In this document: positions 39,840 through 49,741 of the stretch, piece by piece | Layout: every line of letters begins with the position of its first letter | How positions within the stretch are numbered: the first letter of the stretch is position 1 | From: an uncultured Rickettsiales bacterium | GTDB lineage: Bacteria; Pseudomonadota; Alphaproteobacteria; Rickettsiales; CAYLHV01 | Length of the DNA: 64,000 nucleotides | Assembly (NCBI GenBank): GCA_964383745.1 | Contig: CAYLHV010000002.1 | Location: 19,625-83,624, forward strand | Direction of reading: 5' to 3' | Notes under the pieces: model-generated | The model's database searches: none | Seen by the model: only the letters and a program-made list of their open reading frames with translations | Told to the model about the DNA's origin: nothing | Program-made: the position numbers and the translations under genes

Positions 39840-40777
39840 CAACATTCTCCTTTAATTGATATATTAAAAACTCTTAAGGGTTTCAAAATTGGGTTATTTT
39901 CTCCTAAAATTTCTGCTAAAGCAAAAAAACGCTCGCGGTTATAGCATTTGATGATTTTTTCTCTTTTAACAGAATTTTCAAGGGCAATTTTTTGACCATT
40001 TTTAAGTCTGATTGAGTCTCCATCAGACAAAGTTAACGCAGGGATGTCGTCCAGCACTTTGTCCATTGGCAAAATTTCCTCATTCAGTTGCTCATTATGC
40101 ACTAATTTTTCAAGTAAGTCTAGAGTTAATGTGTCTTTTATTTCAAATTTCCCAACCTTCTCACGCCTTAGTTGAGAAACATGTCCGCAAGATCCAACCT
40201 CGGTTGCAAGATCGACAGCAAGTGACCTCACATATGTGCCTTTGCTGCAATTAACCCGAAATTCTGCTTCTTGCTCTTCTTCATGAAAATTCAGCATTTC
40301 AAGTTGGAAAATGCTAACTTCTCTTGCAACCATTTGATCTTCATTGATTTTTCCTTCTCTTGCCAGATCATATGCCCGCTTTCCGTCAATTTTAATGGCA
40401 GAAAAAATGGGAGGTTTTTGCATGATTTTGCCGGAAAATTTTACTAAAGCTTCCTCAATTTCATTTTTTGTGACTTTTTTGTTTGATTGCGCAATCACCA
40501 ACCCTTCTTTGTCTGCGGTTGAGGTTGCTGAGCCAAATTTGACGGAGAATAAATAGGTTTTTTCAGATGCAACTAAATGGGACATCAATTTTGTGGCTTC
40601 TCCAATTGCAAGGGGCAAAACCCCTGTTGCAAGAGGGTCTAAAGTGCCAGCATGGCCAATCTTTTTGACATTGAGCAGTTTTTTGACAATTGCCACTAAT
40701 TTTGCGGAACTCATGTTAATTGGCTTGTCGATTAATAGCCAGCCGTTAAATTCATTATATATTTTGTTTTTTCCCAA
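39839..40777 (-). CDS. truB: tRNA pseudouridine-55 synthase
   Basis: Contains [24 protein letters not shown] and a C-terminal PUA-like region. The stop overlaps the start region of rpsO. Confidence 0.92.
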   Translation of the reverse strand: MGKNKIYNEFNGWLLIDKPINMSSAKLVAIVKKLLNVKKIGHAGTLDPLATGVLPLAIGEATKLMSHLVASEKTYLFSVKFGSATSTADKEGLVIAQSNKKVTKNEIEEALVKFSGKIMQKPPIFSAIKIDGKRAYDLAREGKINEDQMVAREVSIFQLEMLNFHEEEQEAEFRVNCSKGTYVRSLAVDLATEVGSCGHVSQLRREKVGKFEIKDTLTLDLLEKLVHNEQLNEEILPMDKVLDDIPALTLSDGDSIRLKNGQKIALENSVKREKIIKCYNRERFFALAEILGENNPILKPLRVFNISIKGEC

Positions 40778-40801
40778 ATTTCACATCCTTCAAAAAAATT
40801 A

Positions 40802-40831
40802 AACAGCTCCACTAAATTTAGCGGAGCTGTT
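40802..40831 (-). terminator. Rho-independent terminator of the porin gene
   Basis: AACAGCTCC (40802-40810) pairs with GGAGCTGTT (40823-40831). On the minus strand the hairpin is followed by AATTTTTTT. Confidence 0.55.
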
Positions 40832-40872
40832 TTCGAACCATTTTTCAATGATTCAGACAGAACTCAAATCAA

Positions 40873-42081
40873 TTAGAAAGTGAGTTTTGCACCAAGTAAG
40901 AACACAGAACCACTGTGGTTTTTCTTTTTACCATCAGCAGCTGCTACTTGATTCTTTTCTAATAGTTTATGCTTGAATTTTGTGAATTCAGCATATGGCA
41001 TCAAACCAGGAGCCATTTTATAGTCTACACCAAGTGACAATGCATTAAATTTAACTTGTTGTGAATCTGTACTTTTCATGTAAGTTAAACTTGTGCTCAT
41101 TGGACCTTGTTCATAGCCAACACCAGCTGTCCAGAATTTTGGTTTTTTCAAAGATGAATTATTGATAGTGGTTTTGTCCTTACCGTCCTCAACAATTTGC
41201 TTGTAATAATCAGCTTTGCCATGTGTTCCATAAGAAGCAGCAACTTTAAAGCCTTGAGATTCTACTTTAGCACCAACTTGATAGGACAAAACATCTTTGA
41301 ATTGGTGATGATTGTCTTTATCTGTGAAAATCTTTGCCCCAGAAGCTTTGTCAGCAACTGCAGACACAGTCACTTTTGTGTCATTATCAGCTTTATGCTC
41401 ATATGAAAGACCTAAGCTGAACACATTTTTTCTTGTGTTTTTCTCAAATTGCTCAACTTTTTGATCTTTAGTAAATGGTGAAGCTGTGTCTGGTGCAAAG
41501 CTCAAACCAACTTGGAATCCATTAATCATTGGTGAATAGAAAGCAATTGTATTATGCTTTTGTCTATCTGCAACTAGGTTAATATTGTCAATATATAGTT
41601 TTGGAGCAACTAAAGAGCTTTCTGTAGCACCAACTTCAGTGCCAATTGTGTAGCTTTTCCAGTCACCGTCAATTCCGCCTGTTGCAGAAGCGATTGTGCC
41701 AGCATGAATTGCCATGGCTGTTGATGGAGATTTCACTTGACCAAATTGGACTTTACCGAATCCGCCTTCAACGAAAAGGTGGTTTTTCATGTCGCCTGTT
41801 GAGTCATGTTGTCCATTATTTTTCAAAGAAACAACGCCACCATATGTTAAGCCATTATCAGTTTTGTTAAGAGCTTTCACATAAGTTTGGACTTCAGTGT
41901 TGAATTTATGATTCTTTTGATTAAGAGTCAATTTTTCATTGTTTACATATTCTTTAGTTTGTTTTTTGAAACCAGATTGGAACTCAACTGTTCCACCAAG
42001 TCTCACATCCATTCCACCAGCGAAGGCAGAAGCTGCGAACAAACTAGCGATTGCTGTTGTGCTTAATAAAATTTTTTTCAT
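40873..42081 (-). CDS. Outer-membrane porin
   Basis: Signal peptide MKKILLSTTAIASLFAASAFA, alternating beta-strand pattern, aromatic girdles and a C-terminal ...LGAKLTF. Confidence 0.8.
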   Translation of the reverse strand: MKKILLSTTAIASLFAASAFAGGMDVRLGGTVEFQSGFKKQTKEYVNNEKLTLNQKNHKFNTEVQTYVKALNKTDNGLTYGGVVSLKNNGQHDSTGDMKNHLFVEGGFGKVQFGQVKSPSTAMAIHAGTIASATGGIDGDWKSYTIGTEVGATESSLVAPKLYIDNINLVADRQKHNTIAFYSPMINGFQVGLSFAPDTASPFTKDQKVEQFEKNTRKNVFSLGLSYEHKADNDTKVTVSAVADKASGAKIFTDKDNHHQFKDVLSYQVGAKVESQGFKVAASYGTHGKADYYKQIVEDGKDKTTINNSSLKKPKFWTAGVGYEQGPMSTSLTYMKSTDSQQVKFNALSLGVDYKMAPGLMPYAEFTKFKHKLLEKNQVAAADGKKKNHSGSVFLLGAKLTF

Positions 42082-42285
42082 GATAGATAAACCCTATAGA
42101 AAAAGTTAAAATTTTGAGTCTGAAAAAACACAGACTTTTTAGTATTACATATAAAAACACAAATTATTTGCGCTTCCTTAGTTAATATTAATCATAATGC
42201 ATCGGAGATTCAAGTTCCTTTGAACAAAAATATCACATATTTGTATTTTTACCACGGCACACTTGCAAATTTGTCACATGATGAT

Positions 42286-42314
42286 TTGACAAATTTGTTT
42301 ATTCATGATAACAT
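42286..42314 (+). promoter_or_regulatory. Candidate sigma-70 promoter upstream of yggS
   Basis: TTGACA (42286-42291), a 17-nt spacer and TAACAT (42309-42314), about 44 nt upstream of the ATG at 42358. Confidence 0.35.
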
Positions 42315-42357
42315 CAATCTAGATATTACAAGGCTTTATAGGGAATTTTATGGCGAA

Positions 42358-43017
42358 ATGATCGAGAAATTTAACTCACTCAAAAATAAAGTAACTTTTC
42401 TAGAAAAACAAAGAAAAGACTCTTCCAGAGCCCATTTTAATAAAATTGAAATTTTGCTTGCGACAAAAGGGCAAAATGAAGAAAAAATATTGAAATTAAT
42501 AAATGAAAATCAAAGGATCTTTGGCGAGAATCGAGTTGAAGAAGCTTTTGAAAAATGGCATAAAATCAAGCAAAACCACTCAAAAATTGAGCTTCACCTC
42601 ATTGGTCATTTGCAAAGCAAGAAAGCTGCTGAAGCTTTTGAAATTTTCGACGTCATTCAAACTTTAGATAGTGAGAAAATTGCTGGAATTTTCTGTGAGC
42701 TTGAAAAGCAAAATAATGTGAAAAAAACCTATTTTGCGCAAATTAACATTGGGCAAGAAGCGCAGAAAAATGGGATCTCTCCCAGCGAATCTAAAGATTT
42801 CATCAGATTTTGCCGCCATGATTTGAATTTGAACCTAAAGGGTCTCATGTGCATTCCGCCAGTTTCTGAAAAGCCACATTTTCATTTTGCTTTAATGCAA
42901 AAAATTGCCCGTGAGAATCAAATTAATCATTTAAGCATGGGAATGAGCAGTGATTTTGAAGAAGCCATCAAATTTGGATCAACAATGATCAGAATTGGTA
43001 ATTTTGTTTTTGGTTGA
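42358..43017 (+). CDS. yggS: YggS-family pyridoxal phosphate homeostasis protein
   Basis: Contains LLATKGQ (PLP lysine), HLIGHLQSKK, LKGLMCIPP and LSMGMSSDFEEAI. The ORF-track start at 42220 (TTG) would add an atypical 46-aa extension, so I prefer the ATG at 42358. Confidence 0.85.
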   Translation: MIEKFNSLKNKVTFLEKQRKDSSRAHFNKIEILLATKGQNEEKILKLINENQRIFGENRVEEAFEKWHKIKQNHSKIELHLIGHLQSKKAAEAFEIFDVIQTLDSEKIAGIFCELEKQNNVKKTYFAQINIGQEAQKNGISPSESKDFIRFCRHDLNLNLKGLMCIPPVSEKPHFHFALMQKIARENQINHLSMGMSSDFEEAIKFGSTMIRIGNFVFG

Positions 43018-43020
43018 ATT

Positions 43021-43878
43021 TCAAAAAGCAATTTTTGTGGAAAGAAGACAAATTTTTTCAATGGAAACTTCCTCTGCTCTAGCATTTTCTTTGATGCCAC
43101 ATTCTTGCAAAATTCTTCCAATTTCCTCTTTAGATGCATTTGATTTCTTCAAACAATTTGAAATGGTTTTTCTTCTTTGATTAAATAAATGCCTTGTCAG
43201 ATTTTCTAAATTCTTCCTATCTGCCTCAAAAGCAGGCTTTTTTCTTGGTTTAATTCTGACCACGGCAGAAGTGATTTTTGGTGGTGGAGTGAAAAATTCT
43301 GGTCCAATTTCCATCAATTCCTCAGTTTCACAAAGCCAATTGCACAAAATGGCTAATCTGCCATAGTGACTTGAGCCGGCTTCAGCAGTGATTCTTTCCA
43401 CAACTTCTTTTTGAAACATGAGAATCATTTCATCAAAAAAAGCTTCTTGATTTGGCAAAATTTTTTCAAGCCATTTAATTAACAATCCTGTTGCAATATT
43501 ATAAGGCAAATTTGCAACAATTGTGAGCTTGGGCGTTTCTGCATTTAAGAAATCTTCTTCCTTAACTCTCAGAGCATCTGCATTCACAATTTGCACTTTC
43601 CCGCCTGAAATGTCAGAAATTTCCTTTAGAATTGCAATGAAGCGCTCGTCTTTTTCAATTGCAATGACAGATTTCGCGCCAGCATTTAAGAGAGATTTGG
43701 TAAGACCAGCCGGACCAGGTCCAATTTCTAAAATCACTTTATCTTTAATGTTTGTCACAAAAGAGGCAATTTTATCTGTAATAAAATCTTCTGTGAGAAA
43801 ATTTTGCCCTAAAGATTTTTTGGCAAAAATTCCGTGTTTTTTCAGAGAATCCATTGTTTTTGGGAAGTTATTTTTCAT
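43021..43878 (-). CDS. rsmA: 16S rRNA (adenine1518/1519-N6)-dimethyltransferase
   Basis: Contains KKSLGQNFL, EIGPGPAGLT and ANLPYNI. Confidence 0.92.
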   Translation of the reverse strand: MKNNFPKTMDSLKKHGIFAKKSLGQNFLTEDFITDKIASFVTNIKDKVILEIGPGPAGLTKSLLNAGAKSVIAIEKDERFIAILKEISDISGGKVQIVNADALRVKEEDFLNAETPKLTIVANLPYNIATGLLIKWLEKILPNQEAFFDEMILMFQKEVVERITAEAGSSHYGRLAILCNWLCETEELMEIGPEFFTPPPKITSAVVRIKPRKKPAFEADRKNLENLTRHLFNQRRKTISNCLKKSNASKEEIGRILQECGIKENARAEEVSIEKICLLSTKIAF

Positions 43879-45248
43879 TCTATTTTGCCAATTATTTTTT
43901 CTATGAACTCTTTTGCAGCTTTTTTAAATTTTGCTTCCACACTAACATTTTTCATTGCCCAATCTTCAATCCAGGGTTCTGCAAGCTCCCACATGTTCAC
44001 ATCAGGCCAAAGCTTGGCTCCAATTCCTTCAACTAAGATTGTGGTTTTTTGCAACAAAAGCAATTGTGGTTGAATTTCCATGTCAAAATCTTTTGTCAGC
44101 TCAAATAGTTGCGAAAGCAGTTTTCCCACTGAAATTTGCTTCAAAGACTTTCCGACAATTGGCTCTCCAACTGCTCTAATTGCTTGAGAGAACATTCCAA
44201 AAGACTTGTCTTTTTTGACATAGCCTGCGTCAAAATGAATTTGCGCCACTTTTTTATAGTCTCGTCTCATGAAACCTTGCAAAATTCCAGTCACATATAG
44301 CCTGGTTTCATCTGTCATCCTCCCCATGATGCCAAAATCTATCACGGAAATTTGCCCTTTTTCATTAATCAGAATGTTACCTGGATGCAAATCTGCATGG
44401 AAAAAACCATCTCCATAGGCCTGATTAAAGAAGAAAATGGCAAAATTTCTTGAAATTTGTTCAAGATCATGGCCTTTTTGTTTTAAAATTTCAACCTCGT
44501 CAATATTAATACCTTCAATCCAATCTGTGGTGAGAATTTTTTTTGTAGTGAGCTGCCAATGAACATTTGGAATGAAAATTGAGTTATCTTTCCGGAAGTT
44601 ATCTTGCATTTCTGAACAAGCTCCTCCTTCGAGGCGCAAATCCATTTCAAATTTTATGATTTCTCCAAGAAGCCTCGCAATTTCTTTCAACTTGAATCTT
44701 TTAAATTTATTTTTCTTGTCAGCTTTTTGACTCAACCAATTGATTAAATTCATGTCTCTTTCAAACAAAAATTCAATGTCTGGTCTTAAAATTTTCACCG
44801 CAACCACATTTCCACTTTTTGTCACAGCTTTGTGAACTTGGGCGATTGAAGCAGCGGCAAATGGTTCATGGTTGAATGAGGAAAACAAATCTTCAATTTT
44901 TTTGCCAGTCTCTTTTTCAATGATTTTAATTGCTTTCTCGGAGGAAAAGGGTGGCAGATCATCTTGCAATCTTGCCAGTGACTCTGCAATCTCATTTCCA
45001 ACAATGTCTGGCCTTGCAGAGAGAGTTTGGCCAAATTTCACAAAAATTGGCCCTAATTCTTCTAAAGCATTTGCCAGCCTTGCGCCTTCGGTTAATTTGT
45101 CATTTTTCTTTGAGAAAATTCTAAAAAGAAAAACAGAAATGGGAGCAATGGAATGTTTTTGCAGAGGAAAGGCTGCATCATGCTTTGCAAGAATTCGTAC
45201 AATTCTCAATAAGCTGATGATATTTTTGATTGATGAAAAAATTCCCAA
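43875..45248 (-). CDS. ubiB: UbiB/ABC1-family ubiquinone biosynthesis kinase-like protein
   Basis: Contains GPIFVKFGQTLSARPDIVG, AAASIAQVHKA, VAVKILRP and FHADLHPGNILI. Confidence 0.88.
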   Translation of the reverse strand: MGIFSSIKNIISLLRIVRILAKHDAAFPLQKHSIAPISVFLFRIFSKKNDKLTEGARLANALEELGPIFVKFGQTLSARPDIVGNEIAESLARLQDDLPPFSSEKAIKIIEKETGKKIEDLFSSFNHEPFAAASIAQVHKAVTKSGNVVAVKILRPDIEFLFERDMNLINWLSQKADKKNKFKRFKLKEIARLLGEIIKFEMDLRLEGGACSEMQDNFRKDNSIFIPNVHWQLTTKKILTTDWIEGINIDEVEILKQKGHDLEQISRNFAIFFFNQAYGDGFFHADLHPGNILINEKGQISVIDFGIMGRMTDETRLYVTGILQGFMRRDYKKVAQIHFDAGYVKKDKSFGMFSQAIRAVGEPIVGKSLKQISVGKLLSQLFELTKDFDMEIQPQLLLLQKTTILVEGIGAKLWPDVNMWELAEPWIEDWAMKNVSVEAKFKKAAKEFIEKIIGKIE

Positions 45249-45265
45249 AAAATTCCTCTCTTTTC

Positions 45266-46030
45266 CTAAATTTTATAGGCAGAGTGAATGGCCACAATGC
45301 CTCCAGTGATATTTTGATGTTTGACCATTTTAAAGCCAGAATTTTCAATCATGTTGGAAAATGTTGCTTGGTTTGGAAATTGTTTAATGCTTTCCACCAG
45401 ATATTGATATGCTTCTTCGTTTTTTGCAACCATTTTCCCAATTTTTGGAATGATTTTAAAGGAGTAGAAATCATATATTTTTGAAAAAATCTCATTTTCT
45501 ACTTTAGAGAATTCTAAACAGATGAATTTCCCACCGACTTTTAAAACTCTGTGCGCTTCTTGCAAAACCTCATTAATGTTTGTGACATTTCTGATGCCAA
45601 AAGCAATTGAATAGAAATCAAAGCTTGCATCTTTAAAAGGGAGCTCTTCCGCATTAGCCGTGCAATGGGAGAATTTTCTTTCCGGAGAATTTTTGTCAAT
45701 TAATTTCAGAACACCTTTTTTGAGCATGTCAAAATTAATGTCACAACTGGTGATTTTTGGAGCGATCACGCCAGACTCAATGGCTTTTTCATAAAATAAA
45801 TTAGCAATGTCACCAGTTCCAGAAGCCATGTCAAGCAATGAACCTCTGAAATTTGGGAAATGTTTCATCATTTCTTTTTTCCAGAGTTTGTGAATTCCAA
45901 AACTCATTGCATCATTCATCAGGTCATAGTCCCCAGCAACGGCGGAAAAAACATTCCCAACTAAAGTTTGTTTTTCTGATTTTTCCACTTGTTTAAAGCC
46001 AAAATGTGTTTTATCTTGCTTTTGAGACAT
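45266..46030 (-). CDS. ubiE: Ubiquinone/menaquinone biosynthesis C-methyltransferase
   Basis: Contains THFGFKQV, YDLMNDAMSFGIHKLWKK, LDMASGTGD and FGIRNV. Confidence 0.92.
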   Translation of the reverse strand: MSQKQDKTHFGFKQVEKSEKQTLVGNVFSAVAGDYDLMNDAMSFGIHKLWKKEMMKHFPNFRGSLLDMASGTGDIANLFYEKAIESGVIAPKITSCDINFDMLKKGVLKLIDKNSPERKFSHCTANAEELPFKDASFDFYSIAFGIRNVTNINEVLQEAHRVLKVGGKFICLEFSKVENEIFSKIYDFYSFKIIPKIGKMVAKNEEAYQYLVESIKQFPNQATFSNMIENSGFKMVKHQNITGGIVAIHSAYKI

Positions 46031-46065
46031 TTATTTTTTGATTTAATTAAATTTAGCAAAGCAAA

Positions 46066-46902
46066 ATGCCAGAACTTCCCGAAGTTGAAACAATTTGCCA
46101 ATCTCTTTCCAAAAAGATTATAGGCAAAAAAATCTCTAAAGTCATACAAAATCGTCACGATTTAAGAATTAATTTACCCACATCTCTGAAAGATTTAGTG
46201 AATTTTGAAATTTCTTCTGTCAAGCGCAGGGCAAAATTCATTTTAATTTCTTTCAAGAATCACCCTGAAACTCTCGTAATTGGGCTTGGCATGACTGGTC
46301 GAATGCTGTTTAATGCAACAGGAGTTGATTTGGACATGAATTCTCATGAGGTGAAATATGCGAAACATAATCACGTTATTTTTGAATTTTCTGATCAAAG
46401 CAGATTGATTTATAATGACATTAGAAGATTTGGCTTCATGCTGATTGCAGAAAATATTGAGAATTTTGAAATGATCAAAAATCTTGGCCCTGAGCCATTA
46501 AGTGAAGATTTTAATTCGCTTTATTTCTCTGAATTTGTGAAAAAAAGACAAACTCCCATAAAAAACCTACTTATGTCTAATGATTTTGTGGTTGGAATTG
46601 GTAATATTTACGCCTCTGAATCTTTGTTCAATGCACAAATTCTTCCTTATAGACCAGCATCAAGCCTCTCTAAAGAGGAAATCATGAGATTAATCACTGC
46701 CATTTGTGATGTTTTAAAATGCGCAATTGAAGCGGGCGGCTCCAGCCTTAAAGACTATGTGAATGCTGAAGGGCAGTCTGGCTATTTTCAACATAAATTC
46801 AAGGTTTATGGAAAAAATAAATGCTCAGAATGTGAAAGTGAAATTAAGAAAATTAAACAAGCCGGCCGTTCAAGCTTTTTTTGCCCAAATTGCCAAGTTT
46901 AA
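46066..46902 (+). CDS. mutM: Formamidopyrimidine-DNA glycosylase
   Basis: MPELPEVE N-terminus, H2TH region and a C-terminal zinc finger CSECES...FFCPNCQ. Confidence 0.93.
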   Translation: MPELPEVETICQSLSKKIIGKKISKVIQNRHDLRINLPTSLKDLVNFEISSVKRRAKFILISFKNHPETLVIGLGMTGRMLFNATGVDLDMNSHEVKYAKHNHVIFEFSDQSRLIYNDIRRFGFMLIAENIENFEMIKNLGPEPLSEDFNSLYFSEFVKKRQTPIKNLLMSNDFVVGIGNIYASESLFNAQILPYRPASSLSKEEIMRLITAICDVLKCAIEAGGSSLKDYVNAEGQSGYFQHKFKVYGKNKCSECESEIKKIKQAGRSSFFCPNCQV

Positions 46903-47609
46903 TCTTCCATGGGACCCATTTTTTTAATTTCAAGAAATTTCAAAATTGCCACATGACCATCATTCTTGGCTGCATCATAAATTCTGTCATACCAAGGATT
47001 TTCAAGCAATTCGGGGTTTTTCTTGATCAGAATTTTAATTGAAGAAAGTTCATCATTTTCAACAGCTTCAAGTGCCATTTTGAAAAAATCGTGAATTGAA
47101 TATCTTGAAAAATTTAGATGCGAATTTTCAACTGAATCAGCGTTGCTATATAGGCTCCGATCAAGCTTGGGGCTGGTTTTATAGTTCAAACTCATGAATT
47201 TATTGATTGATTCAAGGCGTTTTGCCAATTTTTCTTGCATCAATTTTTCATAGTCAGTTTTTTCAGGAATTTTTGGCTTAACACCTAAAATTTCTGGTTC
47301 AATTTCAATTTCATTTTTCTTCACAATTTTTTTCTTTGCTTCTTCATCAGCATTTTGCTTATTTTTCAATTCAAGTCTTTTTTCTTGAATGAATTTTTCA
47401 AGCTGTTGGTCTTGCTGATTTTCAACTGGTTTGATTGAGTCATCATCTTGAGTTGGAACTGCTCCAGCTTCGTTAAGAATCACCTCTCCAGGGACAAATT
47501 CTTCAATTGGCATGTTTAAATCAGGGAATGTAATTTCTTTCTCTTCTGCAAAAGACAGAAAAGGGGAAATAATCAAGAGAAATAATGTAGCTAAACTTCT
47601 ATTCATCAT
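46899..47609 (-). CDS. Hypothetical secreted protein
   Basis: Signal peptide MMNRSLATLFLLIISPFLSFA, a charged repeat-poor middle and a helical C-terminal domain. The start overlaps the last codons of the popZ-like gene. Confidence 0.55.
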   Translation of the reverse strand: MMNRSLATLFLLIISPFLSFAEEKEITFPDLNMPIEEFVPGEVILNEAGAVPTQDDDSIKPVENQQDQQLEKFIQEKRLELKNKQNADEEAKKKIVKKNEIEIEPEILGVKPKIPEKTDYEKLMQEKLAKRLESINKFMSLNYKTSPKLDRSLYSNADSVENSHLNFSRYSIHDFFKMALEAVENDELSSIKILIKKNPELLENPWYDRIYDAAKNDGHVAILKFLEIKKMGPMED

Positions 47610-48201
47610 TTTTCGGCAAAATGTGTTTAATTTCTTTCTCAACAATATTTTGCACAATTCCTGGCAAATTTTTGTCAAGCCAGCCACTTAATTGTGGCCT
47701 AATTGCCTCAATGATGAGTTCTTCAACAGTCATTCCTGAACGAAATGACAATCCATCAGAAAGGGGTTTGCTGGCGGTGTTAATTAAATTTTGAATGGCT
47801 GCTCTAGAAATTTCAGCAGTTTTCTCAGAAATTAAATGCTCTGTATTTGTGTTTGCTGCTTCAGCTTTAGCAACAATTTTGACCTCTTCTTCAACTTTTG
47901 GAGCTTCTTGAATTGATGGCTCAACTGTTTTTTCTTCTTTTGTCTCATCATAGACATTTTTCTCAGCTCCAGCATTTTCAAGCACTGAATCAATTTCATC
48001 AATGATGTCACTTTGCTTTTTTTGCACTTCCACCACAGAGCCATCTTCTTGAATTTCTTGTGTTAATTCAAGAATATCTTCTTCATTTTCATTTTTGATA
48101 TTTTCTATTTTTTCTTCACTCATATCTTGAGACACCACTTTTCTGATGGTTTGTAAAATTTCCTCCATTGAGGGTTCATGCTTAATTTTAGTGTCTAACA
48201 T
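47599..48201 (-). CDS. PopZ-like pole-organising protein (DUF2497)
   Basis: The N-terminal EPSMEEILQTIRKVVS and C-terminal TVEELIIEAIRPQLSGWLDKNLPGIVQNIVEKEI match the two conserved ends of Caulobacter PopZ, with an acidic linker between them. tolC is adjacent, as is usual for this family. Confidence 0.75.
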   Translation of the reverse strand: MLDTKIKHEPSMEEILQTIRKVVSQDMSEEKIENIKNENEEDILELTQEIQEDGSVVEVQKKQSDIIDEIDSVLENAGAEKNVYDETKEEKTVEPSIQEAPKVEEEVKIVAKAEAANTNTEHLISEKTAEISRAAIQNLINTASKPLSDGLSFRSGMTVEELIIEAIRPQLSGWLDKNLPGIVQNIVEKEIKHILPKNDE

Positions 48202-48329
48202 AAAAAACTCATTTGATATTTGTAAATAACGTTTTTTACCCTAGAATTCATATAATATAGTAGAAAGATTAAAAAACCATTAAATTAATGATAACTCGAG
48301 AGTGAAAAACATGCAAGAAAATAAACTTT

Positions 48330-49631
48330 TTACCCCTTCTTTTTTTCTTCATCAAGACCTATATAGATGGAATTTAACTCTCCAACTGCTGCCTTGATTC
48401 TGAAATAGGATTTGACAATTTCGCCCCTTGCCTCAATTAATTCTGTGCGAACTTTGAATAATTCTGCTTCGCTGTCTAAAACAGCTGTGATGCTTTCTGT
48501 TCCAAATTCCAGCCCTTGTTTCATTGCATCTAAATCTGTTTGTTGCGCAGAAACTGCTTCATTATTTGACTCAAGAGAAATTAAAGAAGTGCGATATTGA
48601 TTATAGTTAGCCATGATTTGCGCGGTTACATAGCCTTTGGCGCTTTCATATGAATTTTCGCTTGAGGCTTGCCTTAAATGTGACCTTCTGATCTCTGTCC
48701 AAATTGCTGGAGCAACAATCGGAATTTCTGCCGTAACGCCCACATATCTGGAGTGAGATTTGTAATCAGGCATGGCTTCATGAATTGGGTTATTATTATT
48801 TTTAGAATATTGCGCAGTCAAATAAACTCTCGGAGCAAGCTTCATTAGTGATTGTTTTTTTCTATATGACTCAAGCTTCTCTTGATTTTGCACAACTAAA
48901 AGCTCAGGGTTGTGTTCTAAAGCCAAAGCGGTCAATTCCTCAGACGGCTCTTTAATTAACTCAAGTTTTGGGAATTCCAATTTTTCTGGCGCCGGACCTG
49001 TTGTGGTTTCAAAATTAATGATTGCATTTGAGAGTTGCCCTTGAGTTTGAGTCAGCCTTGTTCTTGCCTGTGCAAGCCTTGTGCGTGACTTTGCTTCTGC
49101 GCCAATTGTTGCAGTTCCTGACTTGAATTTTTCACTCATCATTTCCAGATATTTTGAGTGAACTTCAACATTTTTGCTTGCAAGTTTCAAATGCTCTCTA
49201 AATTTCATGATGTCAATGTAATTGTTAATTGCTCTCAAGAAAATTTCTTGTTCTTTTTTTATATATTCATTTTTAGCAATGTTAATTTCTGTCTGAGCTT
49301 GACCGATGATGAAAAAATTTGCCCCACCATTATTATTAAAAATCGGTTGGTTAAGCGAAAATGTATTCGTCTTATTTTTCAAACTTCTGCCAAAATCCAT
49401 TTTATCTTCTATGTAGGATTTTTGGGAAGATTTTGTTGTGGAAAATGAAAGATTCGGCAGCCAAGTTGCATATGCATCTATTAATTTGGTCTCTTCTGCT
49501 TTTAAACTGTCTTTCAGTGACTTAATTCCTTGATTATTTTTGTAGGTCTCCATGATGAGTTCATCAATTGTCATGGCGAATGATTGCGCAGGTAGCAATA
49601 TGATTAGAATTAGTTTTAACAGTCTTTTCAT
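48330..49631 (-). CDS. tolC: TolC-family outer membrane efflux protein
   Basis: Signal peptide, followed by two repeats of the OEP helical/barrel pattern. Confidence 0.85.
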   Translation of the reverse strand: MKRLLKLILIILLPAQSFAMTIDELIMETYKNNQGIKSLKDSLKAEETKLIDAYATWLPNLSFSTTKSSQKSYIEDKMDFGRSLKNKTNTFSLNQPIFNNNGGANFFIIGQAQTEINIAKNEYIKKEQEIFLRAINNYIDIMKFREHLKLASKNVEVHSKYLEMMSEKFKSGTATIGAEAKSRTRLAQARTRLTQTQGQLSNAIINFETTTGPAPEKLEFPKLELIKEPSEELTALALEHNPELLVVQNQEKLESYRKKQSLMKLAPRVYLTAQYSKNNNNPIHEAMPDYKSHSRYVGVTAEIPIVAPAIWTEIRRSHLRQASSENSYESAKGYVTAQIMANYNQYRTSLISLESNNEAVSAQQTDLDAMKQGLEFGTESITAVLDSEAELFKVRTELIEARGEIVKSYFRIKAAVGELNSIYIGLDEEKKKG

Positions 49632-49741
49632 CTTTTTCTCTGAATTTTAAAATATGGTTTGATATTAAAGATAGATATTTTTTTCATCAAGATCAATTCA
49701 TTTTTTACAAAAATGCAAAAATTTATCTGACATGAAGCATT

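Noticed and set aside
43523-45309. Antisense ORFs of 127 and 145 aa within rsmA and ubiB. Similar ones occur at 49833-50243 in tsaD and 60904-61314 in rsmI.
   Set aside because: All are nested opposite strongly motif-supported housekeeping genes, so I treat them as non-coding shadows.
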